64,000 bases of DNA from Squalus acanthias (lineage: Eukaryota), in contig CM059433.1 of NCBI GenBank assembly GCA_030390025.1, positions 8,186,001-8,250,000 of the forward strand, written 5' to 3'. Made by a program: the position numbers and the translations under genes. The notes under the pieces were generated by a model. The model was not told where the DNA came from, did not search any database, and was given only the letters and a program-made list of their open reading frames with translations. Below, piece by piece: positions 13,265-25,832 of this stretch. Within the stretch, counting starts at the first letter, position 1; each line of letters opens with the position of its first letter.

Positions 13265-13535
13265 AGCTCAATCGACCCAATCTCTCTTCATACGTCATTC
13301 CTGCATCCCAGGTATCAGTCTGGTGAATCTTCGCTGCACTCCCTCCATGGCAAGAACATCATTCCTCAGATAAGGCGACCAAAACTGCACACAATACTCA
13401 AGGTGTGGTCTCACCAAGGCCCTGTACAACTGCAGCAAGACATCCTTGCTCCTGTACTCTAATCCTCTCGCTATGAAGACCAACATACCATTTGCCTTCT
13501 TAACCGCCTGCTGCGCCTGCATGCTTACCTTCAGC
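13265..13535 (-). mobile_element. CR1 internal ORF2 fragment
   Basis: LKVSMQAQQAVKKANGML..YRALVRPHLEYCVQFWSP at the end of ORF 13295-14074. Confidence 0.88.
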
Positions 13536-14318
13536 CGGCTGCGCGGGAGCTCCAGAGCGCAGCACGGCCGCGCAACCTCTAGGGAACGTTGGTGACAAGG
13601 AGAAACCGTGTCTGACTGCTCCTTTAAGAGAAATGGCTTCAGTGAGGTTCCCATCTGCCTTCGCACGGATCTCGGAGCCGGAGGACAGCTCCTGGATAAA
13701 GTCCCAGATTTGGCCGCAGCTTTCCGCTTCTCCAAGAGAGGTGCAGAAGGATCTGGGTCAACACCCGTTAAATAATTGACCAAAGTAGTGCAAGGGAGGT
13801 CCCCGCGAGCCTTGAAACCTTCTGCCGTAAATCCACAACCTGTCCTTTGACATTCCTCGTGAGAGCAAATTGCAGCCTGTTCCTTTCTGGTTTCAGCCTT
13901 CAATAAAGCGTCCGATGAAACATGCCACAATGACCCGAAGAGCCACTTTATAAGAGTCACTGATATCAATAAAAACTCCATGCTTGCGCACAAGCAAATT
14001 TGAGGGCATTCTGGCTTGACAGCGAGAACTGCCAGAAGCAGAAAAAGATTTCCAATCAACCAATTCTGCCACACGAGCTGTACGGGGAAAGTGCTGAATG
14101 TCAGCAGGAGATGTTAACAGTTTCCATGTGTGTTTCTGTGTCATGATTGGTTCAGACCCTCAATTCAGTGTTTACTTCCCCACAATTTAACTTGGCACCC
14201 GTACCGTGAAGAAACTTCAAATTAAAAAAAAAAGTCACTGTCAATGCACAAGTTCTGTATGTGAGGCATCAACACCACTATTGCTAGGCTCCTTCCAATA
14301 TATTTATGGGACTGTCCT

Positions 14319-15298
14319 AGGGCAGTGTCCTAGGCCCAACCATCTTCAGCTGCTTCATCAATGAACTTCCCTCAAACATAAGGTCAGAAATGGGGATGTT
14401 CACCGATGACTGCACAGTGTTCAGTGCCACTCGCAACTCCTCAGATAATGAAGCAGTCCGTGCCCGCATGCAACAAGGCCTGGACGGCGTTCAGGCTTGG
14501 GCTGACAAGTGGCAGGTAACATTCTGCCACAGAAGTGCCAGCCAATGACTATCTCCAACAAGCGAGAGTCTAACCACCTCCCCATGACATTCAACGGCAT
14601 TACCACTGCCTGAATCCACCACCATCAACATCCTGGGGGGGTCACCATTGACAAGAAATTTAACTGGACCAGCCACATAAATACTGTGGCAACAAGAGCA
14701 GGTCAGAGGCTGGGTATTCTGTGGCGAGTGTCTCACCTCCTGACTCCCCAAAGTCTTTCCACCATCTACAAGGCACAAGTCAGGAGTGTGATGGAACACT
14801 CTCCACTTGCCTGGATGAGTGCAGCTCCAACAACACTCAAGAAGCTCGACATCATCCAGGACAAAGCAGCCCGCTTGATTGGTACCCCACCCACCCCCTT
14901 AAACATTCACTCCCTCCACCACTGGCGTACTGTGGCTGCAGTGTGTACCATCTACAAGATGCACTGCAGCAACTCGCCAAGGCTTCTTCGGCAGCACCTC
15001 CCAAACCCACGACCTCTTCCACCTAGAAGGACAAGGGCAGCAGGCGCATGGGAACAACACCACCTCCATGTTCCCCTCCAAGTCACACACCATCCTGACT
15101 TGGAAGTATATTGGCCGTTCCTTCATCGTCGCTGGGTCAAAATCCTGGAACTCCCTCCCTAAGGAGCACCTTCACCACATGGACTGTAGCAGTTCAAGAA
15201 GGCGGATCACCATCACCTTCTCAAGGGCAATTAGGGATGGGCAATAAATGCTGGCCTTGCCAGTGACGCCCACATCCCAGAAACAAATTAAAAAAAAG
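14319..15298 (+). mobile_element. Second non-LTR family (CR1/L2 group), RT C-terminus and 3' UTR
   Basis: GSVLGPTIF, MFTDD (FADD-like), IYKAQVRSVMEHSPLAW..LDIIQDKAARLI; 3' UTR gggcaataaatgctggccttgccag.gacgcccacatccc plus A-rich tail. Confidence 0.8.
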
Positions 15299-15408
15299 AT
15301 GCTCCTTAAAACCTATCTCTTTGACCAAGCTTTTGGTCAACTGCCCTAATATTTCCTAATGTGGCTTGGTGTCAAATTTTGCTTTATAATGCTCCTGTGA
15401 CGCGCCTT
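15299..15408 (+). mobile_element. L2 3' fragment
   Basis: gctccttaaaacctatctctttgaccaagcttttggtc matches 12311-12425. Confidence 0.75.
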
Positions 15409-15579
15409 AAAAGAAAAAAAGACTTGCATTTATATAGCGCCTTTCATGACCACCGGATGTCCCAAAGTGCTTTACAGCCAATGAAGTACTTTTTGAAGTG
15501 TAGTCACTGTTGTAATGTAGGAAACGCAGCAGCCAATTTGCGCACAGCAAGCTCCAACAAACAGCAATGTGATAATGAT
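15409..15579 (-). mobile_element. DeuSINE 3' portion
   Basis: aaagacttgcatttatatagcgcc...cagcaatgtgataatga matches the other copies. Confidence 0.85.
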
Positions 15580-16089
15580 CAACACCGCTATTGTGAGGCT
15601 CCTTCCAATATATTTATTGGGCCCCCTTTTCTCTCTCTCGCTCTCTCTTCCCTTGCCGCCCCCCCGGCCCCCCCCACCCCCCCGCAACGCCCCCCGCCAG
15701 AGTTAATTTGAGTAGGGTTAAAGCAACATATTCACATTAGGTCATGACTACCTAGAATTTGAACAAGACTGCAGTTTGCTCTTCATGTATGTGACCAAGT
15801 GCTAGGCTGAGCCAACGCAGGACCTCAGACTCCACGCTGATTCGCCTGAACGTCACTGATTTGCACACAACTTATTGGGATTCACATTGCAGATTCTGCT
15901 GCAACTTTAAGAGAAGGTTCCACGTGTGTAAGAGCTGATTTCAGTCCGCAATCACTGATATGCTGACAGGGCTGGGGAAACGCTGACCGCCATTGCAAAA
16001 CGCCGATGGTCGGCAGGTATGCTTTCCAGCAACTGTCACTAAGTAACCATCGAAGGCATGAAACCTGACTGATTCCCCCCTCCCTTCCG

Positions 16090-16780
16090 AGCATGCAGGT
16101 GCAGCAAGCGGTTAAGAAGGCAAATGGTATGTTGGCCTTCATAGCGAGAGGATTCGAGTACAGGAGCAAGGATGTCTTGCTGCAGTTGTACAGGGCCTTG
16201 GTGAGACCACACCTTGAGTATTGTGTGCAGTGTTGGTCGCCTTATCTGAGGAAGGATGTTCTTGCCATGGAGGGAGTGCAGCGAAGATTCACCAGACTGA
16301 TACCTGGGATGGCAGGAATGACGTATGAAGAGAGATTGGGACGATTGGGCTTATATTCTCTAGAGTTTAGAAGAATGAGAGGGGATCTCATTGAAACTTA
16401 TAAAATTCTAACAGGACTAGACAGACTAGATGCAGGAAGGCTGTTCCCGATGGCGGGGGAGTCCAGAACCAGGGGTCACAGTCTGAGGATAAGGGGTAAG
16501 CCATTTAGGACTGAGATGAGGTGGAATTTCTTCACCCAGAGAGTGGTGAACCTGTGGAATTCTCTACCACAGAAGGCAGTTGATGCCAACTCATTAAATA
16601 TATTCAAGAAGGAGTTAGATATATTTCTTAAAGCTAAAGGGATCAAGGGATATGGGGAGAAAGCAGTGACAGGGTACTGAATTTGGATGATCAGCCATGA
16701 TCTCATTAAATGGTGGAGCAGGCTCGAGGGGCCGAATGGCCTACTCCTGCTCCTATCTTCTATGTTTCTATGTTTCTATG
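16090..16780 (+). mobile_element. CR1 3' fragment, same subfamily as 38536-42171
   Basis: ORF 16093-16680 is open to the natural stop; (tttctatg)n tail; aligns closely by eye with 41485-42171. Confidence 0.93.
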
Positions 16781-16860
16781 AGCCCAGGAAAGCCAACATC
16801 AATTCTAACCATTAACTTGGAGCATGGCGGGGATTGAATGTGGGGCACACCTGACTTTAT

Positions 16861-18695
16861 GGCCTGAATTGTAATGGGGAGGCGGGTTAGGAGAGGGGGA
16901 GCTCACAAGCGGTTGGGAAACCTGGGAGAACGGGTTTCCCACAGGCCCTGCTGAATTTAACGGCAGGGCCTGATGTGCACGGGAAATCTCTGTTTCCCAC
17001 CCGCAGCCAGCCAGATTGAGAGGCTGGCTGGCTGCGGGCGGGTAGGCCTGTGGTACTAGGCCACAGAGAGGAGGGAGGGAGGGTATCGCATGGGGACCGG
17101 GGTGGGGGGGCGGTGGCTGGGGGATGGGGGGCCGGAGGAGCAAGGGTGGCGGAGTGGCCGGAGGAGCAAAGGGGTGGCGGAGTGGGCGGGGGGGGGGGGT
17201 GCTGGTTGGGACTGATTGGGGGGCCAGAGCAAATGATTGGGGCCTGGAAGAGCAGGGGATGTTGGGAACGATCGGGGTCCAGAGGAGAAGGGAGGATGGA
17301 TTTCGGAGCATCATCGGAGGGCCAGGAGGAACGGGGTGGGGGGGACGTGGAGCAGGGGGTGAAGCCTCATGGGGGGGGGGGGTGGGTCAGAGGCCTGTGG
17401 GGAATCGGAGGCCTGGGTGGAATCGGAGGCCTGTGGGGAATCGGAGGTCTGGGTGGAATCGGAGGCCTGTGGGGAATCGGAGGCCTGTGGGGAATCGGAG
17501 GCCTGGGGGGGATCGGAGGCCTGGGGGGGGAATCGGAGGCCTGGGGGGAATCGGAGGCCTGGGGGGAATCGGAGGACTGTGGGGAATCAGAGGCCTGTGG
17601 GGAATCGGAGGCCTGGGGGGGAATCGGAGGCCTGGGGAGAATCGGATGCCTGGGGGGAATCGGAGGCCTGGGAGGAATCGGAGTCCTGTGGGGGGAATCG
17701 GAGGCCTGGGGGGAATCGGAGGCCTGTGAGGAATCGGAGGCCTGTGGGGAATCGGAGGCATGGGGGGGATCGGAGGCCTGGGGGGGATTGGAGGCCTGGG
17801 GGGAATCGGAGGCCTGGGGGGGATCGGAGGCCTGGGGGGAATCGGAGTCCTGGGGGGGGAATTGGAGGCCTGGAGGGAATCGGAGGCCTGGGGGGGATCG
17901 GAGGCCTGGGAGGATCGGAGGCCTGGGGGGAATCGGAGGCCTGTGAGGAATCGGAGGCCTGGGGGGAATCGGAGGCCTGGGGGGAATCGGAGGCCTGGGG
18001 GGAATCGGAGGCCTGTGGGGAATCGGAGGCCTGGAGGGGATTGGAGGCCTGGGGGGGAATCGGAAGCCTGGGGGGAATCGGAGGCCTGGAGGGGATTGGA
18101 GGCCTGGGGGGGATTGGAGGCCTGGGGGGGAATCGGAAGCCTGGGGGGAATCGGAGGCCTGTGGGGAATCGGAGGCCTGCGGGGAATCGGAGGCCTGGGG
18201 GAGATTGGAGGCCTGGGGGGGATTGGAGGCCTGTGGGGAATCGGAGGCCTGGGGGGGATTGGAGGCCTGGGGGGGATTGGAGGCCTGGGGGGGAATCGGA
18301 GGCCTGGGGGGGATTGGAGGCCTGGGGGGAATCGGAGGCCTGGGGGGGATTGGAGGCCTGGAGGGGATTGGAGGCCTGGGGGGGAATCGGAGGCCTGGGG
18401 GGGAATCGGAGGCCTGTGGGGAATCGGAGGCCTGGGGGGGATTGGAGGCCTGGGGTGGGGGAGTCTCCGATCACAGCGGGTGGGTTAGGCAGGGACACTG
18501 GATTCAGGAGGCAAGTATAAAGGCAGCAGGCTCAGGGAGTGGGTTGGCTGCTCACGCCCCCCACCCCTCCCGCCTCCGTTAAAACCAGAAGTGGGCGGCT
18601 TGGAGGCAGGCTCTGGTCGGGATTCAGATTTTTAACACTTTAACTTCTGACACGAGCCCAACTCAGCTGTTTTTTTTAGGTTAAAATTCCACCCC
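16861..18695. mobile_element. GC-rich MITE-like element (Harbinger-type termini) hosting a minisatellite
   Basis: Begins ggcctgaattgtaa and ends ttaaaattccaccc, an imperfect inverted repeat resembling the 6990-8691 termini. Confidence 0.5.
17390..18453 (+). repeat. G-rich minisatellite, ~18-bp unit GGAATCGGAGGCCTGGGG
   Basis: Direct tandem repetition with variable G-run length; source of the spurious GGIGGL / ESEAW / NRRP ORFs. Confidence 0.97.
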
Positions 18696-19607
18696 CCCCC
18701 CACTATATGTTCAATACCATGCTGGCTATCTGGTGAGTGCTCGTAAGAGTTATTGCGAACAGCTTCCACTTCATAATGGAAGAGAGTTTAATGCAGAAAG
18801 CTGCTTGTTTACAGAGTTCCAAGGGCCTGAAAATCGGAATGTGAAAGAAAGAAGTCTATGGATGAGGAAACCTAAATTGCACCAGTCTTTCTGAAAACTG
18901 ATGGTATCGGAACCCAGGCCCAGCATTGAAATGCTCACAGCCGCACTTAGTGTCACTGCCTTGTTTACATCAGTCAGTGGCTCTGCTGAATATTTGCCCT
19001 CTATTTTTTCACACACACACGAACACAATCAGCACCTGTGTGCGTTAGACACTGCGTTTGTCTGTGTTCGACTCAGGAATCCCTGCAGCTATAAGAGCTG
19101 CAACATTTCCATTGCGATTTTCAACCAGCTGACCGTAAATTAAACCACCGTGGGACGTTTCAAAATAGCGAACTTCCAACGCTCCATTACTTTATTGAAG
19201 GGCGTTAAATGATTAGCCTAGAATGCGTGCGACTCTGTGCTAAAGGGCTACTGACCTCGTAAAAAAACATTTGGCAAATCTGTTGTCTTTTGTGGAGGGA
19301 GAACAGCCAGGAAAGTCACATGTCATCTTTGCCCTAATGACGTCACAAGCGGATGGCTCGCAGGCACGTTGCGAGTTCAATTTCTGTAAACACATCATGC
19401 AATCATTAAGAAGTAAATAAACACACTGGACAGTTTTTTCATGAAGATGTTGGCCTATTAAACCTTAGCTGTGAGATTCATCCTCCAGGTCACAAGCATT
19501 TCTGAAAGAAGGACTCGCATTTCCACAGCACCTTATCACATCTCAGAAACATCTCCAGCGCATCACAGACAATTAATTACATCCAAACGTAGTGACTTTT
19601 GTTATGT

Positions 19608-20212
19608 ACATAAGAATATACGAAACAGGAGCAGGAGTCGGCCATTTGGCCCCTCGAGCCTGCTCCACCATTCAATAAGATCATGGCTGATCTTCTACCT
19701 CATCTCCACTTTCCTGCACTATCCCCATAACCCTTGATTCCCTCAATATTCAAAAATCTATCGATCTCTGTCTTCAATTTACTCAACGACTGAGCCTCCA
19801 CAGCTCTCTGGGGTAGAGAATTCCAAAGATTCACCACCCTCTGAGTGAAGAAATTTCTCCTCATCTCAGTCCTAAATGGCCGACCCCTTATTCTGAGACT
19901 GTGACCCTTGGTTCTAGACTCCCCAGCCAGGGGAAACATCCTCCCTGCATCTACCCTGTCAAGCCCTGTAAGAATTTTGTATGTTTCAATGAGATCACCT
20001 CTCATTCTTCTAAACTCTAGAGAATATAGACCTAGTCTACTCAATCTCTCCTCATAGGACAATCCCCCCCATCCCAGGAACCAGTCTGGTGAACCTTCGT
20101 TGCACTCCCTCTATGGCAAGTATATCCTTCCTTAGGTAAGGAGACCTAAACTGTACACAATACTCCAGGTGTGGTCTCACCAGGGCCCTATATATTTGCA
20201 GTAAGACGTCTT
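19608..20212 (-). mobile_element. CR1 3' fragment
   Basis: ORFs 19700-20062 and the end of 20052-20597 encode the CR1 ORF2 C-terminus; hairpin and tail present. Confidence 0.92.
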
Positions 20213-20710
20213 TATGACGTGTAGGTAAATAACTGTTGTTCCTTGGTTCTAAATTCTGGGGAGTTTGTGTCAACCTGCACCTGGAGCAAAGATACTTTGG
20301 CCCTGAGATTCCGCGGAGGTGCAGTCGGTCTCGAGCCATAACTGGTGGAAACCACAGACCTGTTTTCACCATTTCCCCACCATTTCCACCAGTTCCTTCA
20401 CTAACTTGTGCGGGGCGGAAACTCCATCTCGCGAGGCAAATGATGGGCAGGGGGCCGGAGCCTCCCCCAAGCCAGGACACCCAGCACCTGAGGCTCATTT
20501 GGAACCCAGTCTTTGTGCGGTGGGCTGGTATGCCAAGGTGGTGTCGGCTAATCCGGCCTCTGTCGGATCGTATGTGAAGTTCACCGGTGGGGTCCAAGCC
20601 AGGTGAGCAGCCTGGAATCCTGAAGGAGATTATTTTTTTTTAAACTTGTTCAGAGGGCTGATTGGAAAATTGGTGGAGGTGAGGCAGCTGGGTGATACTC
20701 CAGCATACTC

Positions 20711-21161
20711 ACCGTCCTCGGCCTCTTACACTGTTCCAATGAAGCTCAACGTAAGCTCGAGGAGCAGCACCTCATCTTCGATTAGGCACTTTACAGCCTT
20801 CTGGACTCAACATCGAGTTCAACAATTTCAGACCAGAAACTCTGCCCCTATCATTTTTTTCCATTTTGTTTTCTCTCTCTCACATGGCAGCTGTCTTTCA
20901 TTCTGCCATCGCCATTTACACTTGCACCATCATCCCTTTTGTCTCTTAATCTCTCCTGCCTTCCATCCTATCACAGACCTTCCCTTTTGTTCTTTCCTCC
21001 TATCCCCCCTTTCCCTGGCCCCTACACTTGCTTAAAAACCTGCTCCATCTCCAGCTTTTTCCAGTTCTGACGAAGGGTCACAGACCTGTAACGTTAACTC
21101 TGTTACTCTCTCTCCACAGATGCTGCCTGACCTGCTGAGTGTTTGCAGCATTTTCTGTTTT
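20711..21161 (+). mobile_element. Penelope-like element 3' fragment (GIY-YIG C-terminus plus terminal repeat)
   Basis: EAQRKLEEQHLIF..LGTLQPSGLNIEFNNFR; exact 15-bp duplication tactccagcatactc at 20696-20710 and 21162-21176; sits inside a GC-rich MITE-like segment (~20299-21366). Confidence 0.82.
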
Positions 21162-22095
21162 TACTCCAGCATACTCGGCACCATAGTTTCCAGTGGTGGT
21201 GGAACGGGCAGGCGCAGGAGAGGTGCCCGAAGTGCTGCTGGTGGCCGCCTGGCCCGTGCGAGTTAGACACCGTCCCACGGACCCCCCGGGACTCCAGCTG
21301 GGTCAGTGGCGGAGGGCACGGTTGGGGGGGCAATCCCAATGTAACCGCCTGAGAGAATTTCAGCTCTGTTTTTTTTTTCTGCTTGTTGCCTGGTGCAAAC
21401 AGCACAAGGACAGGCCCATCCCAAGTAAATCGCAGACCAGTGCGACTAGTGGCATTCAACGGTGCCTCCGCGAGTGTCACGAGAAGGTCTCAGAACAACG
21501 ACCTGGCACCGCATCAAATAAGGTGCAAGGACAAAAGTTTATTTTTGCAACAAAAAAAAATAACAAGCGAGCATTCATCAAGACAGGAGTTCTTTGTTAC
21601 ATTTTTTTTTCCTTTTTAAAAATAATTACAGTGGCACGATGTCTTTATAAAGGGTGGTGTTAACCGAGCCAGCACTCCTGTCAGAGGCAGCGTTGAGCAA
21701 ACAGGGATCAGGTGTGCACAAAGCGCCGGCCTAAAGTCAATCCCTTCACCCAGCCTGATGTTAGCTTCTTAATACAGGTGCAATGAGACATCTCAGAGCT
21801 TGAATGACATGGTGCTAACACTTTGATATTTCTGCGGGCCTCATCAGCAACAGAGCCTGCCTGGGCCACTGGGGCTCTGAGCTACTGCTAGACAAGAGAT
21901 TCAGTATTGCAATGTTATTTAGTGCTTGGTAGTTCATTTGAAGTACAAAGGGGGTTTATAAAAACAGTTAAAAAGTTTTTTTTTTCTCTCTCCCGCTCAA
22001 ATTGATTGTTAACTATTTTCCCCCAGGATTAAATTTGCAGTATCTGACTGTCTTCTTATTCATAGGCTAAAGACAGGATTATCTGTTAGAAGCCT

Positions 22096-22176
22096 CAACA
22101 ACAACTTGTATTTATATAGCACCTTTAACGTAGTAAAACGTCCCAGGATTATTGTGAGACAAAAAATTTGACACCG
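22096..22176 (-). mobile_element. L2 3' tail fragment
   Basis: caacaacaacttgtatttatatagcacctttaacgtagtaaaacgtccca is the reverse complement of the tail at 12420-12478. Confidence 0.75.
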
Positions 22177-22724
22177 CCTAGACGATAAAACTGTGATTAG
22201 TTAAACTGCGCTGTTCGGGCAGGGGGAATGAATGTTTGCGCCAGCAAGATATTGGAAGACTGAACACAAAATTACATTCGGGTAAGAATACTGCCTTAAC
22301 CTCAGTTTTATGGGAGTAATAAAGGCAGCAGGAGTTGAGACGTTAGATGTTTGTCCTTCAAAGATTTTCAACAGGTAAACATTGAAAGGAATGACTGACG
22401 CCAGCAATAGTCATTTGCTGAAACCCATAATCCTTCAAGCATAGACTGCTTCTCTATAATATTAACCAACCTTTGCTCTTGGTCGGGCTTGAAAGCACTC
22501 TCTCTTATTAAGCTGTCTGTGTCATCTGTCTATGCACCACTGTGCCTCAAACAGTGGGTATTGAATTTTAATCCATCTATTCTGGGAACAGTCAGGAGTA
22601 ATGTTATATTTTTCTCCTGCGCATACATTGGTTTTTATTGCATCAGAATGCCAACTTTACAGGCCTAATGGCCTTTTCTCATTCCACACTTTTGTTTTGT
22701 TCATATCAGTAACAGCCAAAATAT

Positions 22725-23150
22725 CGAGCAGGTTGGGCCTATACTCATTGGAGTTTAGAAGAATGCGAGGTGATCTTATTGATTCTGAGGGGGATTGACA
22801 GGGTAGATGCTGAGAGGATGTTTCCCCTCATGGGGGAAATCTAGAACTAGGGGGCATAGTCTCAGAATAAGGGATCACCCACTTAAGACGGAGATGAGGA
22901 GGAATTTGTTCTCTCAGAGGGTCGTGAATCTTTGGAATTCTCTACCCCAGAGAGCTGTGGAGGCTGGGTCATTGAATATATTCAAGGTGGCGATAGACAG
23001 ATTTTTGAGCAACAGGGTGGTCGAGGGTTACGGGGAGTGGGCAGGAAAGTGGAGTTGAGGCCAAAATCGGATCAGCCATGAACTCATTAAATGGCGGAGC
23101 AGGCTCGAGGGGCCGAATGGCCTGCTCCTGGCTCCTATTCCTTATGTCCT
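22725..23150 (+). mobile_element. CR1 3' fragment
   Basis: SRLGLYSLEFRRMRGDLI; ORF 22807-23058; hairpin and tail. Confidence 0.9.
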
Positions 23151-23249
23151 TATCCCCTGCTCCACTGAAAAATGAGGGAATAATTCCAACCATTATTTCT
23201 TGGTAATCAGCTGTACAGTATTGTCAGTGTCAGTGACACAGGCGTGGTA

Positions 23250-23875
23250 GGGAGTATCTTCACCTTCCGGCCGCCGTTTCTCACCTGAACAATGGGCGAC
23301 CGACAGAGGCGAATCTGGTGGGCAGCTCGGACACCCATTGGCCCAGCTGTTTCAACCTTCAGGCAGGCCTATAAATGGGTGCCCAAAGCAGGCGGAAGGC
23401 TCTTTAAGTATGCAAATACACCGACTGTGGGACCCTGATTGCAACGCTAGCGGACCAATGGGCTGAGCATACGTCGTGCTCGCCAGTCACAGTTGTACAG
23501 TGGCCCAACCAGCAGTCCTTAAAGTGCCACTGAGCAAAAGGGTAAAAATCTTTGCTTTTTGCTTAGGATTTTTTGTCGGAGCAGGAGGAGCATTACTGGC
23601 CTGTTCTCGTTCCTGGCCCCCCCCCTCCACCCCCCGCCTTGTAAGATCCACTCCCCCCAACCCCCCCCCCCACCCCCGCACCCGCTGGTCAGCTCCGTGC
23701 AGAAGCCAAATGAGTTTCCACCGCCTGAGACCAGCGAGCTGTGGTGGATTGCCCATTCGGCACTCGCAGCTCGCCGGCTAAAGTTAAACCAGACCCGAAC
23801 CTCCGAATGATTCGGGCCTCCCGAGTAGCCTTGGGTGGGCCCCCTATTTCGAGCGGAAGTTGATAATCTAGCCCC
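23250..23875. mobile_element. GC-rich MITE-like element
   Basis: Imperfect TIRs gggagtatcttcaccttccg / cggaagttgataatctagccc; internal ggagcaggaggagca...tcctggcccc hairpin also seen near 29604 and 62770. Confidence 0.5.
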
Positions 23876-24698
23876 CCCACACCACCCCCCAAACCCCCAG
23901 CGCACACACCATGGTGTCAACACTGAGTGCTGCGATCAGCATAAAAACAGGCCCAAAACCAAATATGACCTCATAAACAAATATTAGAAATCATTTGGTG
24001 TGAGTTCAGGGTTGAAATCTTATCTTATTTCTTACGAGATCACCTGAACCCACTTCAGACTACTACCTTGTAATCTCTCCCAGTGGGTGGGTGGGTGGCT
24101 GGAAACTGCTCTATGTGTGTTATCGACAGCATGGTGCCAAATATGCATTAAGATACAGCAATTTGGCGTGTCTGTGGTAACGGAATGGTGGATAACGTTT
24201 TTGCTCTTGCTGCTGAAATAGACGCTGGCCTGAGGGGGACGAGTCACCGTTCTTTGCTGTGTGATGCACAGCACAGCAGTAAACAGAGGCCTCACCGTAC
24301 AACCTGACGGCGAAGGTCAGCCATGTACGTCGCCAACGGAGGGTAACGGTGACCACAAGTCACAAGCCTCCTGTACAAGGGGCAAGACTGGTGCATCAGG
24401 GGTGGAATCGGCCAGTCCTTCTCCTGAACTCTGCACGTGGAAGCTTCAGTTACTGAACGCAATGATTGCTCAAGTGCGCTCATTATTGTTTGATCGTTAT
24501 TTTACGAATTCCTTTTTGCTGCTTTTTCAGGTAACGTCCCTGGACCCAAAAATCAACAGGTCAATGACCTTTGCACTTAGTATACAGGTCACCTGATTAG
24601 TATCCCCCCCTGGCAGGCTCCCAAGTCACTCCGGGGTGGGGGCACTTAGGACACCGGCCTCGTGCAGGATGCTGCAAACTGCGGCCTATGTGGAGATG

Positions 24699-25161
24699 AG
24701 AAAGACTTGCATTTCTATAGCGCCTTTCACCACCACCGGACGTCTCAAAGCACTTTACAGCCAATGAAGTACTTTTGAAGTGGAGCCACTGTTGTAATGT
24801 GGGAAATGCAGCAGCCAATTTGCGCACAGCAAGCTCCCACAAACAGCAACATGATAATGGCCAGATAATCTGTTTTTGTTATGTTGGTTGAGGAATAAAA
24901 ATTGGCCCCAGGACACCGGGGATAATTCCCCGGCTCTTCTTCGAAATAGTGCCCGTGGGGATCTTTTACATCCATCTGAGAGAGCAGACGGGGCCTCGGT
25001 TTAACGTCTCATCCGAAAGACGACATCTCTGACAGTGCAGCACTCCCTCAGCACTGCACTGGGAGTGTCAGCCTAGCTTTATGTGCTCAAGTCCCTGGAG
25101 TGGGACTTGAACCCACAACCTTCTGACTCAGAGGCGAGTGTGCTACCCACTGAGCCACAGC
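24699..25161 (-). mobile_element. Full-length DeuSINE
   Basis: Reverse complement of 5782-6240 including A and B boxes; abuts a CR1 3' tail on + (25163-25268). Confidence 0.88.
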
Positions 25162-25746
25162 ATGAGGTAGAAGATCAGCCATGATCTTATTAAATGGCGG
25201 AGCAGGCTTGAGGGGCCGAATGGCCGACTCCTGCTCCTATTTCTTAAGTTCTTATGTTATTTCTTATGTGTCCAGACTGGAGGAGGGAATTGCTGAGATC
25301 GCCCAGGAATTTCCTGATGGTTTCCCCAGTGGCCTCCTTGGCAAGGGAGCCGCTCTTAAAATTAAAAAAAAAAAAATCACTTGCCTCCCCTTTGGGAAGG
25401 TCCAGGCCTCAATCCTGGCCTGGAGCCACAACAGGCTAAGTTAGCAGGAAGTCTTGATGTAGGCATACCTGGCCCCAACCCCAGACCAGCTCCACCATCT
25501 CCTACATCAAGGGCCATGATTGGGGCAAACACAGACTTTATTTGTTTATTGTTTCAGTTTGCTTATTGCTGGATGTATTCTAACAAAATATAATAAATTT
25601 TCATTCACTTAGTTCATACTTACAGTGCATGTTATAATACACGTTCTTGTAATGATCGTGTTTACTGTGATCTGTCTTTGTACTGCCTTCTCCTTTTCAT
25701 GCAGCAGCCCAACATTCTGTGACACATGAAACTTCTCTTAGTGACT

Positions 25747-25832
25747 TAAAAAATGCTGGAAACACTCAGCAGGTCAGGCAGCATCTGTGGAGAGAGAAAC
25801 AGAGTTAACGTTTCAGGTCGATGACCCTTCGT
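25747..25832 (-). mobile_element. Short Penelope-like terminal-repeat insertion
   Basis: aaatgctggaaacactcagcaggtcaggcagcatctgtggagagagaaacagagttaacgtttcaggtcgatgacccttcgt; exact 12-bp duplication ctcttagtgact at 25735-25746 and 25833-25844. Confidence 0.78.

Noticed and set aside
13295..14074. ORF with a signal-peptide-like start and CPQICLC (LRR N-cap-like)
   Set aside because: It starts at GTG, no leucine-rich repeats follow, and it runs into a CR1 fragment; probably chance.
17050..18582. Long Gly-rich, Pro-rich or collagen/keratin-like ORFs
   Set aside because: Several frames on both strands are open only because the 18-bp unit has no stop codons.
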